From positions 40,951-104,950 of the IMG/VR virus record IMGVR_UViG_3300002307_000034: a stretch of DNA of 64,000 nucleotides. One strand, written 5' to 3'. The position numbers and the translations under genes are program-made. The DNA comes from a virus. The notes under the pieces are model-generated. The model saw only the letters and a list, made by a program, of their open reading frames with translations. It had not been told where the DNA came from and did no database searches. Shown here one piece after another: positions 50,960-58,167 of the stretch; positions within the stretch are counted from its first letter, which is position 1; each line of letters begins with the position of its first letter.

Positions 50960-51041
50960 TTAAATAATAATTGGCAGGAGGGTGTCAGACCCTCCTGCTA
51001 TACTATCTCTCATAACAAACCCGAATAGAAAGTAGAAATAA

Positions 51042-51458
51042 ATGTCAAGAGCAATCACAGTAAAGGTGGCAACACCAAAGGTAATCAAGGCTTTGGAAAC
51101 AAAGTTGGCAACAATTAAAACTGATTATGCTAATCAGGAAAAGAACGAAGCAAAGTATCAGAAGGACTTTGAGAAGTATCGCAAGGCTCTTGCTGATTAT
51201 GCTATTGCTAACATCAAGAAAGCAACTAACATCAGAACTAATCATCGCTCTTGGAATAATAGCCTTAACATTGACTTTGATGTTGATACACAAGGTGCTA
51301 ATTTTCCTGCTGAGCCACAGCGTGAGTTTGAGCAACTACACGCACACACATACAAGGAAATTGTAGAGGACATCTCAAATGCTCTCACAATTCTAAAAAT
51401 GACAGACGAGGAAACAGTAAATGCTTCTACTATGAAGCAAATCGCTAAGTATCTCTAA
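51042..51458 (+). CDS. Hypothetical coiled-coil early protein
   Basis: Preceded by TGTCAG-N10-TATACT promoter. Confidence 0.7.
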   Translation: MSRAITVKVATPKVIKALETKLATIKTDYANQEKNEAKYQKDFEKYRKALADYAIANIKKATNIRTNHRSWNNSLNIDFDVDTQGANFPAEPQREFEQLHAHTYKEIVEDISNALTILKMTDEETVNASTMKQIAKYL

Positions 51459-51528
51459 ATAATACAAGACCTGAGCATAGTCTTAAAACTGCTCACACTA
51501 TAACCCGAAATAGAAAAGGAAAAAAATA

Positions 51529-51699
51529 ATGACTTTGCAAGGATACACATATCAAATTGGTGATTTATTCACAACATCTAAAACTGGAGTAACTGGTCGC
51601 ATCATTAAGTTTGCACCAATCTCAAATAAAGTAACTCGTGTTCAATTGCAATTAGCAAATGGCTCAAAGCGATTTGCTATGGTTAAAACTTCTATCTAA
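51529..51699 (+). CDS. 56-aa GDLFTT family paralog 2
   Basis: Hand-translated; AAGGA SD. Confidence 0.75.
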   Translation: MTLQGYTYQIGDLFTTSKTGVTGRIIKFAPISNKVTRVQLQLANGSKRFAMVKTSI

Positions 51700-51792
51700 T
51701 AAAATAATTAAAGTGGTCGTGAGTGATAACAGGTAAGTGTTATAGTAGCCTATAACCACCACTTTATTTTTTGGATCTGCAGCTGCTAATAA

Positions 51793-51931
51793 TAGTTGAA
51801 CATTCAACCAAAACCCCGCCCCGCACTCGGGCGTGTCGTTACGAATGTGATTTTAATCACTTGAATTTTGTCTCAAATAATAAGATTAAGGGCGTGTCGA
51901 GTGGACAAATGTCAGTGCGTTTTGGTATACT
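51793..51931 (+). promoter_or_regulatory. Composite promoter cassette 5
   Basis: GTTGAACATTCAAC, 25-bp repeat copy 3 (51814..51838), CRP-type 51846, GTCTCA box, GGCGTGTCG 51891, TGGACA, TGTCAG-N10-TATACT. Confidence 0.8.
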
Positions 51932-51962
51932 AGCGACAGTTAAACAGAAAGAAGGTCTATTC

Positions 51963-52079
51963 ATGAACCTAGATGAATTTAAGACACATGTCCTTGCAAC
52001 ACGCAAGGCTTCACAGGCAGAAGCGATGTCAGTCCTATCTGCTACAATACAACCTCAACCCGAAAAGAAAGAAGAATAA
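51963..52079 (+). CDS. 38-aa protein containing an internal promoter
   Basis: GAAGG SD; MNLDEFKTHV... Confidence 0.55.
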   Translation: MNLDEFKTHVLATRKASQAEAMSVLSATIQPQPEKKEE

Positions 52080-52084
52080 ATAAA

Positions 52085-52564
52085 ATGGAAAATCTAACAA
52101 TGTCTCAGGCTCGTGTAATTATTGACGAAGCCGTTGCAAATTTTGATGGAAACCTATCAGATGAAACAATTTCTCAAATTGTTTTTGCTATGAATGAAAA
52201 TTTACAGATTCGTGATTACACCCTAGGCTTACCTATTAACTATGGAGTCGAGCATATGGTACAATTCTTTACTTATATCTCAGACCGAATTCCATCGGAT
52301 GAGGCATATGCGGTTAATACCGTATTAGCAATGTTTGAGTATGAATTAGGCGAAACAGATATTGCTTCCCACCTCATTCAATCTGTAAATGGGACTAGAG
52401 TCTACTCTCTTGCCCTTCTTGCGACTCGTGTTATAAATGCAGGATGGCCATCAGATTCTTTCGTTGCAATGCGTAACGAATTGGCACCCAAAGTTATTGC
52501 AAATATCGAAGAATTAGGAGATGAGGTAATTGGTCAAAAATTGGATGAAAATGAACTTGTCTAA
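52085..52564 (+). CDS. DUF4192-like protein
   Basis: QIRD and YSLALLA..VINAGWP motifs. Confidence 0.5.
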   Translation: MENLTMSQARVIIDEAVANFDGNLSDETISQIVFAMNENLQIRDYTLGLPINYGVEHMVQFFTYISDRIPSDEAYAVNTVLAMFEYELGETDIASHLIQSVNGTRVYSLALLATRVINAGWPSDSFVAMRNELAPKVIANIEELGDEVIGQKLDENELV

Positions 52565-52667
52565 AGTTCAACGCATACAAGAATTGCGACGCAGTAATGC
52601 GTCGCAACCTCTACGCAATAAAAAGAAATACACCCGAAAAAACAAATATAAGAAAGTAGAAGAATAA

Positions 52668-52931
52668 ATGTCAAATCTCTCAACCGCCCTTGCACTACAA
52701 GAAGGAATTTCTGAAATTGTCTTCTCTGATGAAGTAATGATTTATGCAGCTGAAATTGCAAAAAATGCAGATTTTAATCCTGAAGTTTTAGAATTAATAA
52801 TGAAATACGCTTCTACACTATCCGCAGGCGTTGCAACAAAAGTTGTAGAAATTGTAATGCCTAAATCTGAATTTAGTTCTATGATGAAAGAACTTAAAGA
52901 AATGCAAGAGATTGGAGATTCAATTGAATAA
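52668..52931 (+). CDS. Hypothetical protein
   Basis: ORF track, co-directional array. Confidence 0.6.
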   Translation: MSNLSTALALQEGISEIVFSDEVMIYAAEIAKNADFNPEVLELIMKYASTLSAGVATKVVEIVMPKSEFSSMMKELKEMQEIGDSIE

Positions 52932-53205
52932 GTCAACTGGACAAAACATTCACACAAAATGGATCCAAGATGCATTGGGTGTGAGCACTGCAGTAGCACT
53001 ACGTGTGCAAAAAGAAATTAATCAAAACTATGATTTAGATTGGTCTGAAGCAGATATGGACGAAATCGAATTTACTGCAATGTTGGCGTTTGAAAATATG
53101 AATGTAACACATAGCTTTTAGTTGCGACGGGTGAGAGAGACGGTGGGTCCAAGGGTTGGGCCCACTGTTACCACTTGACAAATGCAAATTTTTGGGGCGG
53201 GGCTT

Positions 53206-53417
53206 TGTGATGCAAATCACATGTGATTAAGATCACATGCATAAGGTTTGACCAATCACCCTTACGAATGATAGAATCATCCAATGGAATCAATAATGCT
53301 CGTGCCCGTTTTGTTCTTTTTGTCACCATTTATGATGGCTTTTCTAGCGTATGTGTTTTATGTCACAATTAAAATACGTTGATAGGCTTGACGAATGTCA
53401 GTCCAGTCTGATATACT
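53206..53417 (+). promoter_or_regulatory. Composite promoter cassette 6
   Basis: Back-to-back CRP-type sites 53206 and 53222, third at 53352; TTGACG-NN-TGTCAG-N10-TATACT. Confidence 0.75.
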
Positions 53418-53448
53418 TACGGCTTAACCAAAATGAAAGAAGGTCAAA

Positions 53449-54483
53449 ATGAACCAAAATACAGTCCATCAATCTGAAATCGAATCCGGCGAAGCGTCTT
53501 TTGCTATTGTCGAATCTCGTTCCAATCCTGCTTGGCATAGTTTTGCTAACAAGGTTTTCGATAAGGATATCGAAACTCCTACAGTTACAGAAATTATGGA
53601 TGCTGCTAAATTATCTAATTGGAATGTTCGACTTGAGCCTATTGCCGAATTAGTTCCTGACTACAATATGATTAGCGATTCTTATCTTGTTGTCCGTGAT
53701 AATCCATATGGTAAAGGTAAGGATGTTCTTGCAACAGTAGGCTCACGCTATAAAGAAGTGCAGAATGAAGATTTATTTGCATTTGCAGAAAATCTACACG
53801 ACTCCAATCCTGACGTTAAAATTGATTCAGCAGGTTCATTTAAGAGTGGACGTGTTGTTTATGGTTCTTGGTCTGTACCTAACCAATTAGTTCTTGACCC
53901 AAAGGGTGCTAACGATGTAACGAATCTATATTTGATTTGCTACACCTCACACGATGGGTCTGTGTCTGTGCAGGTTGCTTTAACGCCTGTCCGTGTTAAA
54001 TGTCAAAATACACTTAATTTTGCTATGAAACGTGCTAAGCAATCTTTCAAGTTGCGTCATACTCAAACAGTAGACGGAAAAATTGCACAGGCTCGTGAGG
54101 CTTTAGGTTTATCTATTGCATATATGGATGAATTCTCTAAGCAAGCGAATGAATTATTTACTCGTGAGGTAACAGCGTTAGATTTTAGCAAAATCATCAC
54201 AACACTTTATCCTAAGCCTGAATCAGATAAAAAAGGTTCGCTTAAAAAGTGGGAATCAAAAGTTGTTTTGCTTGACGAGTTGTATCACAATTCACCTACC
54301 AATGAAAATATCAAAGGTACTGCTTGGGGCGTAGTTAATGCATTAACCGAACGCCTTGATTATTATCGCACAGCCCGCAAGGGTAATGGTGAATCGCTTG
54401 TTTATTCTGCAAGTGGTTTTGACCCTGTAATAAATGCAGAAAAAAATAAAATTGTTAAAGCGGTTTTGCAACTAACTGCTTAA
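53449..54483 (+). CDS. DUF932 (TIGR03299-like) protein
   Basis: PAWH, VGSRYKEVQN, TSHDGS, TPVRVKCQNT, RHT, GTAWGVVNALTE. Confidence 0.9.
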   Translation: MNQNTVHQSEIESGEASFAIVESRSNPAWHSFANKVFDKDIETPTVTEIMDAAKLSNWNVRLEPIAELVPDYNMISDSYLVVRDNPYGKGKDVLATVGSRYKEVQNEDLFAFAENLHDSNPDVKIDSAGSFKSGRVVYGSWSVPNQLVLDPKGANDVTNLYLICYTSHDGSVSVQVALTPVRVKCQNTLNFAMKRAKQSFKLRHTQTVDGKIAQAREALGLSIAYMDEFSKQANELFTREVTALDFSKIITTLYPKPESDKKGSLKKWESKVVLLDELYHNSPTNENIKGTAWGVVNALTERLDYYRTARKGNGESLVYSASGFDPVINAEKNKIVKAVLQLTA

Positions 54484-54489
54484 TAAATC

Positions 54490-54521
54490 GGGGGCGAGAA
54501 ATCGCCCCCACATTTTTTTTT
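54490..54521 (+). terminator. Intrinsic terminator
   Basis: GGGGGCGA-GAAA-TCGCCCCC plus T-run. Confidence 0.9.
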
Positions 54522-54537
54522 AGATCAAGAGCTGCAA

Positions 54538-54691
54538 TTTATAAATATGCAAAGCGTTGCATAATTATGCATCCTCGGGGTATGTGATGTAAAACACAAT
54601 TACGATATGTCCGAATTATCACTTGAATACCAATTACGAAGATCAAATTACGAATTACGATTGGACATATGTCAGTGGTATATGTTAGAAT
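54538..54691 (+). promoter_or_regulatory. Composite promoter cassette 7
   Basis: Tandem ARG-type boxes, CRP-type 54583, ATTACGA repeats, TGGACA-NN-TGTCAG-N10-TAGAAT. Confidence 0.75.
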
Positions 54692-54717
54692 ACCCTATAT
54701 TCAACGAAAGGAAATAT

Positions 54718-55449
54718 ATGCCAAATTGGGTCTATAATGGTTTAACAATTGAAGGTAAGCCAGAATCTATAACTAAATTAAAAGAACAAATGAATACTCC
54801 CTTTGTGGATTATATTGAAGCCAATGGTGATTTAGCCTTTGGTGTTAAAGAGACTAAGTATTCTAATCCTGTATTTTCATTCCGTAATATCATTGCTCCC
54901 ACCGACCTTGAAGCATACAAGGCACAGCCTGTTCGTTCTGAACTTGATTGGAATGACCCTAATTGGTGGGCTGATATTCAACGTCTATCTGAAACAGATA
55001 ATTCTTGGTATAACTGGAACATGCGTAATTGGGGAACAAAATGGGATGTGGCTGTATCTGAGGATAATAAGTATCCTAATACATATATGCAAGAATCAGA
55101 TAATGGTGAGAATAAAGTAGTTTATTATTCATTTGAAACTGCTTGGTCTGCCCCGTTTCCTGCAATGGAAAAGTTATCTGAACAATATCCTGATTTGTTA
55201 TTTACATTATCATATGAAGAAGAAACAGGTTGGGGTGGTGAAGCAGAATTCTTGAGAAGTAAAATGATTAGTCATAGTGAATATGAAAACAAATGCAGAG
55301 ACTGTGATGCAACCGACACTCTAGACTATTGCGAAGAGTGTGAAAATGAGATATGCTCTGCTTGTGGATTTGGAAACGAGGAACTTGACGAAAACAAATG
55401 TCAGTCCCATAGTGTACAATTAGCCTCTACAACAAACGAAGGGAAATAA
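54718..55449 (+). CDS. DUF1281/YubB ferredoxin-like-fold protein with C-terminal Cys motifs
   Basis: MPNWVYN, WYNWNMRNWGTKWD, FETAWSAP; start re-placed. Confidence 0.8.
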   Translation: MPNWVYNGLTIEGKPESITKLKEQMNTPFVDYIEANGDLAFGVKETKYSNPVFSFRNIIAPTDLEAYKAQPVRSELDWNDPNWWADIQRLSETDNSWYNWNMRNWGTKWDVAVSEDNKYPNTYMQESDNGENKVVYYSFETAWSAPFPAMEKLSEQYPDLLFTLSYEEETGWGGEAEFLRSKMISHSEYENKCRDCDATDTLDYCEECENEICSACGFGNEELDENKCQSHSVQLASTTNEGK

Positions 55450-55451
55450 AA

Positions 55452-55865
55452 ATGGAAGCAGTACAAGAGACACTAGCAATACAGTATTTGCAAGAACTTG
55501 AATTAAAATATGGTAATGAGATTACTGAACTTAAAAATCAACTGGCTTCACACCAGAATTGTGATTATTGGAAATCAGAAAATGGTCGCATTGGGCAACA
55601 GTTAATTTCTATAGTTGATGAGTACTATGAAGATGGAAAAGATGCAGAAGTAATTGTTCGTGAATTGTGTGAAATCATTGACTACCAGCCAACATTTACG
55701 GTAGAATTTACAGCAACAGTTACCTTTAATGGTCGTATTGAAGTTCCTGCTGATGAGAAGGAAGACTTTGATTTGACTGACGCACTTGGTGATGTATATG
55801 TAGATATCAATAATGGCAACGTAGTTATTGATTCATATGACCTAGAGAATGTAGAGGAATGCTAA
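55452..55865 (+). CDS. Hypothetical acidic protein
   Basis: ORF track; SD and internal upstream promoter. Confidence 0.65.
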   Translation: MEAVQETLAIQYLQELELKYGNEITELKNQLASHQNCDYWKSENGRIGQQLISIVDEYYEDGKDAEVIVRELCEIIDYQPTFTVEFTATVTFNGRIEVPADEKEDFDLTDALGDVYVDINNGNVVIDSYDLENVEEC

Positions 55866-56047
55866 TGGCTAGTACATATTTTATTACTGGAACGATGTAT
55901 GAAGTTATCTATCCAGATGAGATGGAAGATACTATTGACCTAAGTGACATCTATGACAAGTATTTCAATGATGAAGGCTCTTTACCAGATGATGTTGAAG
56001 TAATTGAATCGGAAGTAACACATTTCTGGGAAGGAGATATAGTCTAA
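55859..56047 (+). CDS. Small acidic protein
   Basis: ORF track, coupled. Confidence 0.55.
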   Translation: MLMASTYFITGTMYEVIYPDEMEDTIDLSDIYDKYFNDEGSLPDDVEVIESEVTHFWEGDIV

Positions 56048-56268
56048 TGGCTATTATTACACTTGATGCAGGTTCCCGCCAAACGGCGGGAGCCATAATG
56101 GTTGAAGCTTGGAAATTTGGTGTAGAGGTAGAAATGCTACATGGTAATCAAGTAGAACTATGTTCGGCTAATGAAGAGAAATTAGATCTTATTGCAAATA
56201 AATATAAAGGCGTAAAAGTATTGCATAAAGAACTATTAAAGGAAGTTGGCATATATGAGTCTAACTGA
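56047..56268 (+). CDS. Hypothetical protein
   Basis: AAGGAG SD. Confidence 0.6.
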   Translation: MAIITLDAGSRQTAGAIMVEAWKFGVEVEMLHGNQVELCSANEEKLDLIANKYKGVKVLHKELLKEVGIYESN

Positions 56269-56575
56269 TCTAATTAATCTAATATACACAGATATAGATG
56301 GTCATATGAATGAATGTGATTGTAATCTATGTATCACTATGGATATCGTGCAGGAATATATACAGCGTTCCCACCTTGACAAGGTGGATGCTGGTATGGT
56401 AGGATAGCACCTATGCAAAATGTATGGATTGAACCTGTAATACTATTAGACAAAACTTTTTATTTTGTCTATGACTATAATGCTGATATAACTGCTGATG
56501 ATTTAGTAGTTTGCAATACATTGCTTGACGCAATTGATTACTGTAAATCTAATAACCTAGAATATGAGATTGTAA

Positions 56576-56881
56576 ATGATTGAATATATTGAAGAGGCTT
56601 ATCAACTAGTAACTGGATATACTTCTAAGACCCTCCGCCCTGGTTTAATGGATTTGCTAACATTTGATATGTTGGTTGATATGAATATGCAGGACGATGA
56701 GTATGTTTGGTTTAATACACCTGATGAGGTTATGCAACACATTGTTGACAATAACGTTACCTTTACGCTACAATTCGGTTTAGATGATTTATGGCATGCA
56801 ATAAGAGAATATCTAATAGAAAATGATTTCGTCAAAAGTATTGACGATGTAAAAGAAGAAGAGGAAAATAATGACAACTAA
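56576..56881 (+). CDS. Hypothetical acidic protein
   Basis: ORF track. Confidence 0.6.
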   Translation: MIEYIEEAYQLVTGYTSKTLRPGLMDLLTFDMLVDMNMQDDEYVWFNTPDEVMQHIVDNNVTFTLQFGLDDLWHAIREYLIENDFVKSIDDVKEEEENNDN

Positions 56882-57047
56882 GACAAATGCTCGTGAGTTT
56901 CTTGTATCAAAGGGATTCAAGCCAGGTGCTCGTGGCCGTTTCTCTGCTGAAATGATTCAGGTCCTTAAGGATTCAGGCCTTGAATTTAATCGTCCTGTAA
57001 AGGACCCTAAGCCTCGTGCAAAGAACGAGTCTGTAACTTTAAAGTAA
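56871..57047 (+). CDS. Lsr2-like DNA-binding domain protein (58 aa)
   Basis: Hand-translated; AREFLVSKGFKPGARGRFSAE resembles the Lsr2 RGR AT-hook domain; GAGGA SD. Confidence 0.7.
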   Translation: MTTKTNAREFLVSKGFKPGARGRFSAEMIQVLKDSGLEFNRPVKDPKPRAKNESVTLK

Positions 57048-57235
57048 ACCCTTTCACTACAAAGGTTCCGCTGCGTGAGTCCCGTACATTGTACGGGCTT
57101 GCGATAGATGGATCCAAGCTCGGTTATGTGATGTGTACGGATTGTGAACAGCATATGACATTTTGCGAGTGTGAGGGTGGCGTGAAGGCTCCGTCTCAAA
57201 TAGTAAGAGCCCTAGACAAACTGGTAAGACTCTGA
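57038..57235 (+). CDS. Cys-rich extension probably reached by -1 frameshift from the Lsr2-like gene
   Basis: Open -1 frame with CTDC..H..C.C, no good own start; T TTA AAG heptamer directly before the stop. Confidence 0.55.
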   Translation, partial: FKVNPFTTKVPLRESRTLYGLAIDGSKLGYVMCTDCEQHMTFCECEGGVKAPSQIVRALDKLVRL

Positions 57236-57262
57236 TATAATTCAGGGTTCGGAAAGGACAAT

Positions 57263-57562
57263 ATGGAAATCAACGAAAAGTATGTTAAACAAACTCTAGA
57301 TGCTATGGCTGACCATAGAATGACTACAGGTGTAGTTGCTCAACAGATTGCCCAATTCAAACCAAGGGAGCAAATTAGATTCTTTAAATTAGCAATTAAC
57401 TATATAGAGATTCTTGCACAGCACGGAGAGCGTGGCTACACTATGTTAGGTTTAGAACACATTGTTAAGGCTTGCGAGGAACTCTTATTTGTGGTAGACT
57501 TGCACTTCCCAAAAGATGAAACACAGATGACCCTACCCGGAATGGAGTACGTAGCAGTATGA
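57263..57562 (+). CDS. Hypothetical protein
   Basis: TAGACA-17-TATAAT promoter and GAAAGGA SD. Confidence 0.7.
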   Translation: MEINEKYVKQTLDAMADHRMTTGVVAQQIAQFKPREQIRFFKLAINYIEILAQHGERGYTMLGLEHIVKACEELLFVVDLHFPKDETQMTLPGMEYVAV

Positions 57563-57680
57563 CAACTTATTCAATCGCTTTAGAAGTTGATGAAGAATGG
57601 TTGCGAGTTATTCAAGACCTTACGTCTGAGGTCTATGACGGTGAAGTATGTAATTGGAAAAAGATAGAGGAGATTAAATA

Positions 57681-58058
57681 ATGGGAGCAAGAGTAAATTT
57701 CGTATTCAAGACAGAGTTAGATAAGCCTAACATTGTTCTATATTCTCATTGGGGCGAGGATACTTGGCAAGAAGATTTGGCTATGGCTATCGAAAAGGCA
57801 AGCAATCGTCTAAAAATGGGTGATGCAGTTTATGCCCTACGTATAATGATTGACCAATTAACTAAGTCTGGGCGGGACGAGGAAACAGGATTCGGTATCT
57901 ATCTAGCAGATGAAGATATGATGTATATGGACACTACAGTAGAAATTGATATGACTACTCAAATGGTTAATGATTCAGGCAATTGGCATTCATTTGAATC
58001 ATTTAGAGAATATCATCTAGAGGAAATGAAAGAGTACCACAAGTTTGACAATATTTAA
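57681..58058 (+). CDS. Hypothetical protein (MGAR...LYSHWG type)
   Basis: GAGGAG SD. Confidence 0.7.
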   Translation: MGARVNFVFKTELDKPNIVLYSHWGEDTWQEDLAMAIEKASNRLKMGDAVYALRIMIDQLTKSGRDEETGFGIYLADEDMMYMDTTVEIDMTTQMVNDSGNWHSFESFREYHLEEMKEYHKFDNI

Positions 58059-58080
58059 TATACAGTAGTATAATATATAT

Positions 58081-58165
58081 AAAGATATAGGGCGTTCAGG
58101 CTATTCTGCCAAGTCCAATTAATAGGACCCACACGAATTCGGGATCGTGTGGGTCCTTTCTTATT
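58081..58165 (+). ncRNA. Candidate small RNA
   Basis: TTGACA-18-TATAAT (58045..58074), about 85 nt without a start codon, then a 13-bp terminator stem. Confidence 0.45.
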
Positions 58166-58167
58166 TC
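58124..58167 (+). terminator. Intrinsic terminator closing the early array
   Basis: AGGACCCACACGA-N8-TCGTGTGGGTCCT plus TTCTTATTT. Confidence 0.85.

Noticed and set aside
48798-51838. 24-bp repeats as a CRISPR array
   Set aside because: Only three copies, 0.9 and 2.1 kb apart with genes between; no spacer periodicity or cas genes
54607-54717. N-terminal extension of the DUF1281-like ORF
   Set aside because: Overlaps the promoter cassette; family-type start MPNW with GAAAGGA SD at 54718
56071-56110. In-gene hairpin plus 16-nt match (ATAATGGTTGAAGCTT) to 48754
   Set aside because: Only half of the GTTGA-N4-TCAAC palindrome and inside a CDS; cannot be distinguished from chance or a relic
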